Positions 30,302 through 40,903 of a stretch of DNA of 64,000 nt are shown piece by piece. A program made the translations under genes and the position numbers. Numbering within the stretch: position 1 is the first letter of the stretch; each line of letters begins with the position of its first letter. Below the pieces are notes generated by a model that made no database searches, was not told where the DNA came from, and worked only from the letters and a program-made list of their open reading frames with translations. The DNA lies in the IMG/VR virus record IMGVR_UViG_3300023174_000036, positions 186,001 through 250,000 of that record, one strand, 5' to 3'.

Positions 30302-31567
30302 TTAACTTGCAAGTCCTTCAACGTATGCTCTGAATTCGTCAGCACGTTTATATACGTTCAATCGATTGTGTTCCACTATCTCAGAACATTGTGAAATAAT
30401 TCCGTCTAAATCTTGTGAACATAGGCCTTTTACAATTTGTGTAACTCTTTCGACTCGTTGAGCATAATCTTCAATGTTGTCATAATCTTCTGGCCAAACA
30501 CTATCAAAAGTTTTGTAGCCAGCAGTTCGTAAATAATTCAAAGACTGCGGAGTAGACATCAGTATAAATGGATGTTTATATAATACAGCTCTCATCAATT
30601 TTTCTGTGTAAAAGCTATAAGGTTTAGGGCTTTCAAACCTGCTTTCAAACACCACGCTAAAATAACTGCGATGAAAATAATCTAGCAATTGTTCACGACT
30701 GCCGAATCCCAACCACGAAGTCATGCCACCGCGCTCTCGATCCGTGACTGATCTTTGATCTAAAATACTTGGTAAAACATCAGCACTGTCCTGAATATTT
30801 AAATCATTTCTAATGTACTCGTGTAATGATTTTCCAGCGCCAGTACATTTTTCTGGCATGGAGACAAACCCTTGCTCATTTAAATTTTCTCTTGCAAAAG
30901 ACACATGCGATAAAACACGACCTTTGGTGTATCGACGAACCAATTTGACAAATTTTTTGTTTCGAACAACACTGGGTTCTGGTGCTACATAAGGAGGCAA
31001 TTGATCCACACTCCACATTTCCGCATAAGGAATATGTACCAGCTGATTCCGATAAGCAGGATTGATGCGTTCTACATCAGTGGATTTAAATATAGAAGTG
31101 GTCCACACATACATGCCATCACACGAACCAAATTCTTTATAAAAGCCGTCTAATATTCTGTTAGCAATATCCAACTCGCAATCGTCCCAGATGTGACTTA
31201 TGACAATTTTACACTTTTTGTTTTTCCATAATGTAATAATATTATCGGGCAAGTATTCTATCCAAGAACCTCGACCATTGGCAAATAAAAAATGTCCTTG
31301 ATACCGCATGTTGTGATGAACATTAATCATATATATGATTGGCCCTTGCGAAGCATATATCTCTGTATTTTTTAAGATATCAGAGTGATGAACATACATG
31401 TCACCAAAACCAAGAAATCTATGAAAACTTGGCAATGCAAAATATGACATACCGTGATTGATAGGGGTTTGATAAAAGTGTGAAAAAAATTCTTCAGTTT
31501 TCATTCCTATAGAGTTAGGAATAGGCCCATGTGGGCCAAAACTGTCAATGGCATATACTATTTTCAT
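30302..31567 (-). CDS. Glycosyltransferase-like protein (GT10-like C-terminus)
   Basis: YFSVVFES...YTEK...HPFIL...GYKTF...YD. Confidence 0.5.
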   Translation of the reverse strand: MKIVYAIDSFGPHGPIPNSIGMKTEEFFSHFYQTPINHGMSYFALPSFHRFLGFGDMYVHHSDILKNTEIYASQGPIIYMINVHHNMRYQGHFLFANGRGSWIEYLPDNIITLWKNKKCKIVISHIWDDCELDIANRILDGFYKEFGSCDGMYVWTTSIFKSTDVERINPAYRNQLVHIPYAEMWSVDQLPPYVAPEPSVVRNKKFVKLVRRYTKGRVLSHVSFARENLNEQGFVSMPEKCTGAGKSLHEYIRNDLNIQDSADVLPSILDQRSVTDRERGGMTSWLGFGSREQLLDYFHRSYFSVVFESRFESPKPYSFYTEKLMRAVLYKHPFILMSTPQSLNYLRTAGYKTFDSVWPEDYDNIEDYAQRVERVTQIVKGLCSQDLDGIISQCSEIVEHNRLNVYKRADEFRAYVEGLAS

Positions 31568-31568
31568 T

Positions 31569-33617
31569 TTACACTTCGCTAGATTTTGACAGTGGAATGT
31601 CGGCACCACAAGTACATGATCTCTGTGTGCAAACTATTTCTTTTTTAAAATTAACCCAATTGATTTTTTCCCACTCGGCCATGGTTCCCCAAGACCTACC
31701 ACCTACTTGACAGTTTGCCTTGCGTATGTTGCCAGTCTGATGTATGAACATACTTTCTTTACCAATAGAACAGTTCCAGTTGTAAAATCTAGTTTGTCCT
31801 TTATTGATCAACGATTGATAACTATCCGCTCCTTTTACAACAGTGCCGTCTTTGTATGTTATCATTGGGCTCATATTTAGATTTTTAACAAAATAATTAG
31901 GAGAAGCTGTTCTTGGTTCTATAGTTTTAAAGTTTTCAAAAAATTTCAGCTGTTCTGGACTGTAGTTTATTACACAAAGTTTGTTGGCCTGCTGACCATA
32001 TTGTTCCTCAATCATAACAATGTCAATTCTCACATTGGTCTGTGTTTTTACTTTTTCAATGAATTCTATACAGTTGTCCCAATATAACGGATCCATCATA
32101 ACCCTCACCGTTGTTTTAGTAAACCTGCTGGAAACTTTTAATTTTTCAATAAATGCATCACTGGTTTGATTTTTGAATTCAAATGCAGGATGAAAGCTAC
32201 ATGATGCTTGTAACAAATATTTGAAATTTTCTTCAATAAATCGTTCAGTGCGAGATAAATTGGTAGTCAGCACAGTGTGATGACCGCGATCATATATCTC
32301 TTTAATCAACTGCGTGAAAAACGGACTCATGGTTGGTTCGCCGCCTGATATTGAAAAAATAATTTTTCTATCGTTTTCTGATAGCATGTCTATGGAGTGA
32401 GATATAAAAGGCTCCACTTGTTCCCAGCTGAGAGGATAATTTTTACCGTCATGCAATTCGCTTGGACAATATCTGCACGAGTAGTTACACACATCATTAA
32501 GGATCCAGGTCACTAATGAAAATTCGTTATTTTCAATTTTGACAATCTCCGTACCTTGTATGGGCGGCAACTGTTTCCAATAGGGTTGTCTTTTTTCCTT
32601 GTCCTCATATTCCTCGTAGGCTTGACTGGACGATATGATAGAATAATCAAATATTTCAGTAAATCTTGACAAATCAACTTTTAAAGAGTATTGACGATCT
32701 GACCATAACTCTTCTTTTTGTCTGCCATCCAAGGTTCCAATGGCATAGTATCCTTCTCTATTTTTAAAAAATTCGCCGTAACTAAAACCAAATTGCTCTG
32801 GATTTAATTTCTTCCAGCGATGGTGGTATAGTTTAAATCTTTCGGGTGTATTATCCGACGGAAACATGTGTATCAATATTTCGTTTGACCATGTGGTTTG
32901 TGGGGATATTAAATTTTTCTTTAAACTTTCTAAATCTTCATCGTGTATGATATGTTTGAGACTTTTGCCCAGAGTATTGTAACCCAGGCAAAAATCCCCA
33001 AAGTCTAGAAATGGCTTTAGGCAAAATAAATCTTCATCTTCCAATTCATAATTTGTTCGAGGATTATAACTTGCCACACAAACAAATTCTGACGCTTCTG
33101 TCCAGTCTTCTTTTAATGCAACTTCTGCTGAATGTATTAGGTCGTTGAGCAGTACAAATGCATTGTGCATGTCTTCGTTGAATGTTATGCCTGGCCAACG
33201 CTTTGCATAAGCATGAGTTTCATCGTACAGTTGATAAGCAGTATCCCACCATTTTTCTTTTAATTTTTCCTGATTTCGAACACCGTATATTGCATAGTTG
33301 TCGTGTAATTCGTTCAGTATATCTTGTGTTAATATAGTTATGGGATATCTTAATTTTAAATCATAAAAAGAATTTATTCTCTTGATAATGGTATTGAATT
33401 TTTTTATAAAATCTTCATCAATTTTAAAATTTTTATGATGTACTTTTCTTTCTCGAAAGCTGTAATCACTTTTTTTAAGTTTTTTTAATTCAGCTACCCA
33501 TTTGTGTGCAAGTGGTACATCAAACAAATTAAAATAAAGATCGTAGTTTTCCAAAGTCTTGGGATCAATCAAAGTGACTCGGACTGCGTCATTTATAAAT
33601 CGATTTGCATTACTCAT
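31569..33617 (-). CDS. Fusion of an uncharacterised domain and a radical SAM enzyme (subtype B)
   Basis: C-terminal half W.L..VCNYSCRYC, SGGEPT, C...C.C..D; N-terminal half resembles ORF 52291-53181. Confidence 0.85.
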   Translation of the reverse strand: MSNANRFINDAVRVTLIDPKTLENYDLYFNLFDVPLAHKWVAELKKLKKSDYSFRERKVHHKNFKIDEDFIKKFNTIIKRINSFYDLKLRYPITILTQDILNELHDNYAIYGVRNQEKLKEKWWDTAYQLYDETHAYAKRWPGITFNEDMHNAFVLLNDLIHSAEVALKEDWTEASEFVCVASYNPRTNYELEDEDLFCLKPFLDFGDFCLGYNTLGKSLKHIIHDEDLESLKKNLISPQTTWSNEILIHMFPSDNTPERFKLYHHRWKKLNPEQFGFSYGEFFKNREGYYAIGTLDGRQKEELWSDRQYSLKVDLSRFTEIFDYSIISSSQAYEEYEDKEKRQPYWKQLPPIQGTEIVKIENNEFSLVTWILNDVCNYSCRYCPSELHDGKNYPLSWEQVEPFISHSIDMLSENDRKIIFSISGGEPTMSPFFTQLIKEIYDRGHHTVLTTNLSRTERFIEENFKYLLQASCSFHPAFEFKNQTSDAFIEKLKVSSRFTKTTVRVMMDPLYWDNCIEFIEKVKTQTNVRIDIVMIEEQYGQQANKLCVINYSPEQLKFFENFKTIEPRTASPNYFVKNLNMSPMITYKDGTVVKGADSYQSLINKGQTRFYNWNCSIGKESMFIHQTGNIRKANCQVGGRSWGTMAEWEKINWVNFKKEIVCTQRSCTCGADIPLSKSSEV

Positions 33618-34851
33618 TTGATAAATTTTCCACAGCTTGTTTTACTAGTCTCATTTCAGGAATTACATCTAGCAATTTTTCATCTCTAACAGCATCAACT
33701 TGTTCAGTTACCTTTAAGAATTTTTTGGCCGCTGACAAATCAAAGGGCTGTTTTAGCTCATGAATAGTATGTGTAAACAAATGATCAATAGTGGTATCGT
33801 ATTTTTTGTTGTGTTCCACAATGAACTTTTCTAATTTTTTAATGGTTGCTTGTCTAAAATCATCTGGCAATATATGCATGTGATAATGAGTTGGATCAAA
33901 CAAAAGATTAATAAAGAAATTTTGAAATTTATGTTTCTTACGCACAACACCAATTTCCACTAGTCTGTTGATAATTTCGGGCAATCGATTAACATTCCAT
34001 GCACCAATAGTTAATCCTGGTCTAACAACAATGTTGTCCAGTTTGACCATCTCTTTCAAGTTGTCTTCTACCTTGCTCCACACAGTGCCTGACCTTATGA
34101 TCTCAGCACGTTCGTCGATTTCGTCAATACTGGGCCATACTTCAACTTTCCAATCGTCCCACAATCTCCAATAGTCCAGCACATTCTTTTTGCCGTACAT
34201 CAACGTACTTGCATTGGTATTGTAACTGACTTTGACATCGAATCTCTTATGCTCCACTAGCATATCTAAGATTTGCCAATGCTCGGGCATCAACAGTGGC
34301 TCACCGCCCGCAAAGTAAATTTTTTGTACATGTTCTACTTGATCTTTTAAGAAATCAAAATTGGTAGATGTGCCAACTTGGTCAATACTCCAAACTTTTT
34401 CTTGATCAGAATAACCAAGTTTTTTAGCATCAGGAACCCATGCGCTACTATATCGTGGGCCGCAACTGCGACATTTCATATTGCACAAATTGCTAAAACG
34501 AAAGTCCCAGTATTTTAACTCCATAGTTTTACATGTGCCATCAGGTTCTGTAATTTCTGGAATAATCTTAATTACATCAGGAAAATCTTTATTGTGATAA
34601 AATCTTCCACTTTCTCCGGTGACTTTTTCTCGGTCAAAACATTTGTTGCAAATTTTAGGCTCTACTCCGTTGATCATATCTTTGCGGAGATCTTTCATAT
34701 TTTGACTATTCCAAACCTGATCAATAGTTTGCGTATTTAGGTCGCCCGCAAAATAATTATGCACCGAAGTTAAACAACACGGCACAACTTGTCCACTAGG
34801 TTCGAATGCCAAATGCATCCACGGCACTGCACATAGGGTATCTTTACTCAT
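33610..34851 (-). CDS. Radical SAM enzyme with N-terminal twitch-like Cys domain (subtype A)
   Basis: CAVPWMH...CC...CNKC, then CNMKCRSC and FAGGEP; TAAATA at 34883-34888 supports the MSKDTL start. Confidence 0.9.
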   Translation of the reverse strand: MSKDTLCAVPWMHLAFEPSGQVVPCCLTSVHNYFAGDLNTQTIDQVWNSQNMKDLRKDMINGVEPKICNKCFDREKVTGESGRFYHNKDFPDVIKIIPEITEPDGTCKTMELKYWDFRFSNLCNMKCRSCGPRYSSAWVPDAKKLGYSDQEKVWSIDQVGTSTNFDFLKDQVEHVQKIYFAGGEPLLMPEHWQILDMLVEHKRFDVKVSYNTNASTLMYGKKNVLDYWRLWDDWKVEVWPSIDEIDERAEIIRSGTVWSKVEDNLKEMVKLDNIVVRPGLTIGAWNVNRLPEIINRLVEIGVVRKKHKFQNFFINLLFDPTHYHMHILPDDFRQATIKKLEKFIVEHNKKYDTTIDHLFTHTIHELKQPFDLSAAKKFLKVTEQVDAVRDEKLLDVIPEMRLVKQAVENLSNE

Positions 34852-34922
34852 TTTATTTTTTCTCTTATGTATAAATCGTTTGTATTTACGATAATACTTT
34901 TCTAAAACCGGCCGTATTGAAA

Positions 34923-35762
34923 TCATGTCCAAAGACTGTCTCGGGCCTTAATAAGACGAATCATCATTTCGGTATCTTCTTTTTCGTAAGCCGCTTCAAT
35001 CTTTTGCAGTAGCTTGTGTGCTTTATCGCTGGCCTTTTTAAGTGTAGGATCTTTTTCCTGTCCCCAATTTAACTTGCCACCATTGGCGATACGACTTGCT
35101 TCGCAGACCGCAGTCCACCCACTGGCTTCATATGGATCGGGTCGGTTGCGATAAGTCACTGTCCACCAAGTGTACAGCTCTTTGATTTCTTTAGCACGAA
35201 TTGCTTGTCCGGTAGGTTTGCCGTAGTCGGGATGATCTGGTTCACACCAGTCAGTGTTAGTCAAAGTCATTGCCCAATCAAGATGATCGAGTCCTGCTTG
35301 TGGGCAACGCCAAGTTCTCCAACGCCACCAACCACTGGCCCAGAAAGGAGGATTGTATTTGGCACGATCTTCTTTGCTTCCCCAAGCGATGTGACTCCAT
35401 GCAGACTCTACTTCAACAAAATCCACAAGTTCGTTAAAAAGACATGGGAGAAACCGATTGCCAACATCGCACCAATTACCAGGGGTAATATCACGAGGGT
35501 GAGCAGTGAGTGAGTGGGTTCGAGTAACGAATCGATTATTGATATAATACTTTGCATCATAAATTTTCCTTACAGGCCATGTGACAAAATCTTGAACGTG
35601 TCCAAGTGCTTCTTCGGCTAGCCAATAACGGAAGTTGTGTTTCATTTGAGCCCGAGTGGTCCACTCGTCCCATTCTTCTGCTGTTCCTGCACTCAATTTC
35701 TTAGTGCCGCGAAGCCAGTCTGCAAAAGGTGTGCATGACCAATAGTGTGTATGATGTGCCAT
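34923..35762 (-). CDS. Trp-rich hypothetical protein
   Basis: 279-aa ORF with overlapping start/stop junctions. Confidence 0.7.
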   Translation of the reverse strand: MAHHTHYWSCTPFADWLRGTKKLSAGTAEEWDEWTTRAQMKHNFRYWLAEEALGHVQDFVTWPVRKIYDAKYYINNRFVTRTHSLTAHPRDITPGNWCDVGNRFLPCLFNELVDFVEVESAWSHIAWGSKEDRAKYNPPFWASGWWRWRTWRCPQAGLDHLDWAMTLTNTDWCEPDHPDYGKPTGQAIRAKEIKELYTWWTVTYRNRPDPYEASGWTAVCEASRIANGGKLNWGQEKDPTLKKASDKAHKLLQKIEAAYEKEDTEMMIRLIKARDSLWT

Positions 35763-36199
35763 TAAATCTTCTCGTAAGTTTGTGCAAATATATCTTTTTT
35801 GACTACCCCGTAGTCGTTCTCACCATGTCGAACAATAACATCTTCGCCTGGATTATAGTGTAACTTCTCACCCCATGATGTGTCAACTGATCCGGAACGA
35901 TCCGCCAACTTGGCCCATTTGACGATCTTTTTTGGTGTACAAACACCATCTCCCAAATCGTCTTTAAGATCGTCAAACCGTTCTGGACTGATAGGATATT
36001 GTTCTCCTTTGGGCCCGGTCATAATATAAAAACCTTTAGGATACTTGACTGGTCCTTCCAGTGTATCAATAGTGCCAGGTTTATCTGCAATCTCATAACG
36101 TTCTTTGGCAGGACGTTTGTAGGCTTTGAATCCACCGTCCTTGAACCAGTCGTCAGTGATATGCATACCTTCTACAATATTGATGTATTCACGAATCAT
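35762..36199 (-). CDS. PGDYG-like two-repeat protein
   Basis: Two repeats: TLEG...G.YI..GPKGEQYP and TSWG...GEDV.V......DIFAQTYE. Confidence 0.55.
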   Translation of the reverse strand: MIREYINIVEGMHITDDWFKDGGFKAYKRPAKERYEIADKPGTIDTLEGPVKYPKGFYIMTGPKGEQYPISPERFDDLKDDLGDGVCTPKKIVKWAKLADRSGSVDTSWGEKLHYNPGEDVIVRHGENDYGVVKKDIFAQTYEKI

Positions 36200-36891
36200 T
36201 TTCTATCTCCAAACAACTGTAACAAGTTGATAAACAAGTTAATAAAGTCCATGTACAGAGTCAGTGCTCCACGAATTTCTGCACTGTCACTAGTCTCTAC
36301 ACTTAGCTCTTCTCGAATTTGTTGTGTATCATAAGCAGTAAGTCCTAAAAAGATAATAATGGCTAGTGCAGAAATCACCATCTGCATCACAGTACTACCA
36401 ATAAAGATATTGACGATGCTGGCAATAACAATTGCAATTAAACCAACAAACATAAACTTACCAAGACTATCTAGACTCCGTTTGGTAAAATAACCATAGC
36501 CACTCATTACTGCAAACAAGATTGCCGCACCCATAAATGCACTAACAATAGATCCCATGGTAAACACTGCAAAAATTGTGGCAAAGCTCAGACCCATTAA
36601 TGCCGCAAAACCATGTAAACATAACTGCGCCACGCCCTTGCTAGGATTGTTACCTAACACAAAGCTAATACCAAAGATTGCGGCAAGTGGTGATAATATC
36701 ACAATCCATTTTATCCAGCCTGTAAAAAAGAATTCCAGCAACTCTGGACTAGTGCCAACAAAGTAGCTGACCATCATAGAAACAATAACAGCGAGACTCA
36801 TATGTCCGTACACACGGCCCATGGCTGAATTGATTTCAGCGGCGGATCTATAATTTAAAATTCCGCCATTTGTATAATTTGCACCAAACAT
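36196..36891 (-). CDS. Bax inhibitor-1/YccA family membrane protein
   Basis: About 7 TM helices; LTAYDTQ and ALTLYMDFINLF motifs. Confidence 0.9.
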   Translation of the reverse strand: MFGANYTNGGILNYRSAAEINSAMGRVYGHMSLAVIVSMMVSYFVGTSPELLEFFFTGWIKWIVILSPLAAIFGISFVLGNNPSKGVAQLCLHGFAALMGLSFATIFAVFTMGSIVSAFMGAAILFAVMSGYGYFTKRSLDSLGKFMFVGLIAIVIASIVNIFIGSTVMQMVISALAIIIFLGLTAYDTQQIREELSVETSDSAEIRGALTLYMDFINLFINLLQLFGDRK

Positions 36892-36902
36892 TTTTTTCTC
36901 CT

Positions 36903-37268
36903 TTAAATAAATGGTTTGAGATTGGGCGTCACCCAGCCCACAGGTTTTAACACTTTTCCATCTTCACGCTTGCGAACCTTGCCCGTGTCGTGATCAACTT
37001 TGGCAAAGTTTGTCTTCATAACTTCTTTCCATGCACCTTCTGCATCCGACCCCATGCTATGGATAGCACCGATAGTGACAACCAAAATATCAATCAATGC
37101 GTCAAGTGTTTCCAATTGATCATTGTTGTCCACTGCAACTCTAAGTTCTTTGTATTCTTCATCAATAAGGCCAAGATACATTTTAAATTGTTCTTGGTCA
37201 AATTCACCTCCTGCGGTTTGATCGCAGGCCTTCATAAATTTTTCTTGATCTCTAAATGGGTTTGTCAT
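36903..37268 (-). CDS. MazG-like/PRA-PH NTP pyrophosphohydrolase
   Basis: EEYKEL...DALID...N..K...REDGKVLKP. Confidence 0.8.
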   Translation of the reverse strand: MTNPFRDQEKFMKACDQTAGGEFDQEQFKMYLGLIDEEYKELRVAVDNNDQLETLDALIDILVVTIGAIHSMGSDAEGAWKEVMKTNFAKVDHDTGKVRKREDGKVLKPVGWVTPNLKPFI

Positions 37269-37468
37269 TATGCCATCCTATCTACGTTTTGTCCTGCACG
37301 GTTCATCCGTCGGTTCATTTCAATTCTTGCTTCTTCGTTGGCTTTGAGATTTGCTTTTACACGTCTCTCTTCCAAACGCAGTTCTTCGTGCCGCTTGTCC
37401 AATTTTTTAATTTCTGTCTGACGATACATTTCTGCATTTTGTGCAGATACTCTACTGATTTCTGTCAT
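37268..37468 (-). CDS. Small coiled-coil protein
   Basis: 66 aa, coupled to the ligase stop; ends GQNVDRMA. Confidence 0.6.
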   Translation of the reverse strand: MTEISRVSAQNAEMYRQTEIKKLDKRHEELRLEERRVKANLKANEEARIEMNRRMNRAGQNVDRMA

Positions 37469-38790
37469 AGTTTTTCTCCTACTTCAAAGCCCCTGAACCG
37501 TAAGAACCTTGGAAAGCGCAAACTGTATGTGCCGTCTTGGTTCCTTGTAACGGCATCTGCTCGCACTTCCACGATCTGGCCAAGTAAGGAATCACGTGAA
37601 CTCCAATAACTATCGCGATCACTATCGCTAAAACCACTACCAACGTTGACTCGAATAGTTTTTCCGTCATCGACTCCTTGGCATACAATTGCTCCAAGGC
37701 GTCCAATATTTCTTCCTGTTCCTTCTTCGACATCTATCACCTCCAAAGACACTTCAATAAAAGGCTTCAATTTGAGCCATGCCACACTGCGTTTACATTC
37801 ATAAGGCGCCGCAGGATCTTTAATCATAATGCCTTCGTACCCGCCAGCCACTGCCTTTTGATTAATTTCTTTAAAACGTACTTGACCATCTGCTGTGTCC
37901 AAATCAACAAGTTCATGACCAACAACTGTGACATTGGGCAACATATCTTTATATGTTTTGTGCCAGTGGTAAATCATGTCACTACGAGTGGACTGATCTT
38001 TATCCCAGAATCCTTTTTCAAAATCTGCTAACGGTATTACGTCAAACAAGTTAAGCACAGCATCACCTGCTTCAACATTGTCCTTGCGGTGTACTTGTTT
38101 CATCAAGTCTTGAAAACTGGACGACATGATCTCACCGTCTAGCACAACATCTATATTTTGGTCAGTACCATGTGTTTTGACCACTGCACTAAGTTGTTCT
38201 ACAATGTGTGGAAAATTAGCAAGTTCTTTACCATTACGACTGAACATGTCCACCCGACCATCACTGCGTACAATAGTAAGTACTCTAACTCCGTCGAGTT
38301 TAACTTCGATAAGTTTTTTGCCTGATACCTTCGACTCATGATTAGCACTATCATGAGCAAGCTGACAACCGAATACAGGAATAGCATAGTCAGCATACTT
38401 CTTTTCCACTACTTTGTTAATTGTTTTTTCGCTTACACCACAGCGCAGGTCTTTGATCAAAATACGACGATACCAGCCATTCCATTCTTTTTGAGTAGCT
38501 GACTTCATCATTGCTTGAATCATGTCACGTGCTGTATTGCCTGTGACGTTGCGAGTAACGAAACCAGTAAGAGCGAGAGTAAAACTACTCCAAGGTAAGC
38601 CAGGCCCATCTTCATCTTTTTTCTCCGGAATTTGTTTGAGTCCAAAAGTAATCATAGGATCAAGAGCAAGGCGACACCCTTCAAAAAATTCATCACATTT
38701 TTCTTGTGCAATGACTTCGATAATGCCTTCTTTATCTAAACGTGAATTATGGGTTTCTAAATTCCAAATATGACTGGCACAAACGCTCAT
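37465..38790 (-). CDS. lig: ATP-dependent DNA ligase
   Basis: KLDGVR, DGE, EGIMIK, WLKLK motifs and OB-fold SLRFPRF. Confidence 0.95.
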   Translation of the reverse strand: MSVCASHIWNLETHNSRLDKEGIIEVIAQEKCDEFFEGCRLALDPMITFGLKQIPEKKDEDGPGLPWSSFTLALTGFVTRNVTGNTARDMIQAMMKSATQKEWNGWYRRILIKDLRCGVSEKTINKVVEKKYADYAIPVFGCQLAHDSANHESKVSGKKLIEVKLDGVRVLTIVRSDGRVDMFSRNGKELANFPHIVEQLSAVVKTHGTDQNIDVVLDGEIMSSSFQDLMKQVHRKDNVEAGDAVLNLFDVIPLADFEKGFWDKDQSTRSDMIYHWHKTYKDMLPNVTVVGHELVDLDTADGQVRFKEINQKAVAGGYEGIMIKDPAAPYECKRSVAWLKLKPFIEVSLEVIDVEEGTGRNIGRLGAIVCQGVDDGKTIRVNVGSGFSDSDRDSYWSSRDSLLGQIVEVRADAVTRNQDGTYSLRFPRFLRFRGFEVGEKL

Positions 38791-38822
38791 TTTGACTCCG
38801 ATGATTAACTGTATAAGTTTAT

Positions 38823-38851
38823 ATTATACAGAGTAATTATCAGTATGTCAA
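38823..38851 (-). promoter_or_regulatory. Consensus sigma70 promoter for the ligase operon
   Basis: TTGACA-N17-TATAAT. Confidence 0.85.
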
Positions 38852-39565
38852 GTGATTTGTGGTCTTAAATGGTTTGCCAAGATGTGCATTTTCCAAATTA
38901 CGCACAACCAAATTTCTCATTCTGCGTATAATTGGATGATTGTGGTTCCAATCAAATGCTTTTAAATAGTCATTCCAAGTGGAATTTTTATGTCGTCGAC
39001 ATTGATTTGAATCTAAGTAACGAGCAATAGCAGTTGGGTCGTAGCCAAAACGGTCAACCAATTCACAAGCACAATTGAACGCATGAGCACCCATTTCGTC
39101 TCGATCACCATAGTACTCTTGCTGTTTACGCTCTTTGGCATATTCTGCGGTGCTTTGATATCCGGGAATATTTTTAAAATTACGGCTACGGAATTGGCGT
39201 TGATGCACGATTTCATGCAGTACCACATCAGCGAATCTTATAGCCATTCGTTTGAAACGATGATTAGTTAACCTCAACTTTTTATCCTCGGGATTGTAGT
39301 TGAAATTAACTTCTATGGCAGGCACCTTTTTTCGATCCAAATCACTGTAATAAACACCACCCATGAAAACAAAACCTTTGGTAGTGGGTGCATATATGCA
39401 TTTTTTAATCTTAACGGGTACATGCCGTTTGACATGTCTAGAAATGCGTTTTTGGAGTTGACTAGGACTTAGCTCTTTGCCCACTATTTCACTGTTAAGC
39501 GAATAGAACATAGAGTACAGATTACTGCGTGTTAGTTCCGACCAATTGAACGGTAGCTGAGTCAT
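38840..39565 (-). CDS. HExxH zinc-metalloprotease-like protein
   Basis: LHEIVHQRQ...YY...DEM.A.A; paralog of 47308-47976. Confidence 0.6.
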   Translation of the reverse strand: MTQLPFNWSELTRSNLYSMFYSLNSEIVGKELSPSQLQKRISRHVKRHVPVKIKKCIYAPTTKGFVFMGGVYYSDLDRKKVPAIEVNFNYNPEDKKLRLTNHRFKRMAIRFADVVLHEIVHQRQFRSRNFKNIPGYQSTAEYAKERKQQEYYGDRDEMGAHAFNCACELVDRFGYDPTAIARYLDSNQCRRHKNSTWNDYLKAFDWNHNHPIIRRMRNLVVRNLENAHLGKPFKTTNHLTY

Positions 39566-39566
39566 T

Positions 39567-39608
39567 GCACACTCCTAGTAAGTATATTTATAGTATACTA
39601 GGGTGTAC
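39567..39608 (-). promoter_or_regulatory. SD-sequestering hairpin with TATAAATA late promoter in the loop
   Basis: Minus strand GTACACCCTAGTA-TACTATAAATATACT-TACTAGGAGTGTGC-A-ATG; AGGAG lies in the 3' arm. Confidence 0.7.
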
Positions 39609-39623
39609 CTTTATATACGCACT

Positions 39624-40214
39624 TTATGGGCGTTTTCTAATGATTTCGTCAATCAAACCGTAGTCTAGAGCTTCTTGCGCACTCATAAATTTATCACGTT
39701 CCATATCGTGTCTAAATTGTTCGTAGGTCTTGCCCTTGCTATTATGATCCACATAAATCTGTGTCAAATTCTTCTTCATTTTAAGAATCTCTTCAACTTG
39801 GATTTCCATGTCTGTTGCTTGCCCACCTGCACCACCCGAGGGTTGGTGAATCATGTGTCTAGCACTTGGTAGCATCTTACGCTTGCCAGGAGCACCAGCA
39901 GTAGCAAGCAGACTTCCCATACTACAGGCTTGGCCCATAACGATGGTACTAACGTCAGGCTTAATGAATTGCATAGTATCGTAAATAGCCATACCAGCTG
40001 TGACTACACCGCCTGGACTGTTGATAAAAAATGTAATGTCTTCATTACCTTGACTCTCCAAAAACAAGAGTTGAGCTACCAGCAAACTAGCACTGTGCTC
40101 GTTTACATCTGTATCCAGCATAACAATACGATCTTTGAGAAGACGACTGTAAATGTCATAACTGCGTTCACCACGAGCTTCTTGCTCAATAACCATTGGT
40201 ACCAAATTAGGCAT
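39624..40214 (-). CDS. clpP: ATP-dependent Clp protease proteolytic subunit
   Basis: [27 protein letters not shown] and MERD motifs. Confidence 0.97.
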   Translation of the reverse strand: MPNLVPMVIEQEARGERSYDIYSRLLKDRIVMLDTDVNEHSASLLVAQLLFLESQGNEDITFFINSPGGVVTAGMAIYDTMQFIKPDVSTIVMGQACSMGSLLATAGAPGKRKMLPSARHMIHQPSGGAGGQATDMEIQVEEILKMKKNLTQIYVDHNSKGKTYEQFRHDMERDKFMSAQEALDYGLIDEIIRKRP

Positions 40215-40354
40215 TAATTTTCCTTTTGTTTTTCTTTATTTTTTGATTCTACTTTTTCAATCGGTGGAGGAAAATACGGTTCGATAACATAGTGATTAGC
40301 ACTCCACCAACCAAAGGCTGTGATGAAGCCATATAAGAATACCTCAAGTATCAT
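40214..40354 (-). CDS. Small membrane protein (46 aa, not in ORF track)
   Basis: [31 protein letters not shown]...; overlaps neighbours at both ends (ATGA, TAATG). Confidence 0.6.
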   Translation of the reverse strand: MILEVFLYGFITAFGWWSANHYVIEPYFPPPIEKVESKNKEKQKEN

Positions 40355-40902
40355 TGAAGTTCCTTGAACGCCTCTGTAGAACGACCTGCGGCAATTTCAC
40401 GTTGTTTGGCAGCTTCTTTGGCTTTACGCAATACATTGGCATCACCTGTGGGCAACGCTACCAACACGTATGTGCGAAAACGTGGGCCTTCAGCAATGTG
40501 TTTGATTTCTTTGATTTCAACACCAGTCAAATCAACACTTTTGCATGATGTACGCAAAGCCATTTCACTGAACTCAGTGCTGGTTGCTTCACTGTCTGAG
40601 CGATAGATTTTAGTTTGTTGACTTGCAGTTCCGCCAGCCGCCATACAAATCTTGCCATACGCATCCGCTTTGGCTTTGTGATCAGCCATACTCCAATCTG
40701 CACTAACACTGGTACCTGCTTCAAAAACAGCACTGTTGCTGATAGGAGGCTCACGAAACCATTTGGGTGCTTTGTCAATAGCTTTTTCAACATATCGTTC
40801 TGAACGCTCACGTTCGTTGTCTGCACGTTTTTGATAAACATCAGTAGTACCGCAAGCAGTTAATGCGGCCACAATTGGCAATACAATAAAAATATTTTTC
40901 AT
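40351..40902 (-). CDS. Lipoprotein (LPP20-like)
   Basis: Signal peptide with lipobox LTAC; P.W motif. Confidence 0.7.
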   Translation of the reverse strand: MKNIFIVLPIVAALTACGTTDVYQKRADNERERSERYVEKAIDKAPKWFREPPISNSAVFEAGTSVSADWSMADHKAKADAYGKICMAAGGTASQQTKIYRSDSEATSTEFSEMALRTSCKSVDLTGVEIKEIKHIAEGPRFRTYVLVALPTGDANVLRKAKEAAKQREIAAGRSTEAFKELQ

Positions 40903-40903
40903 C

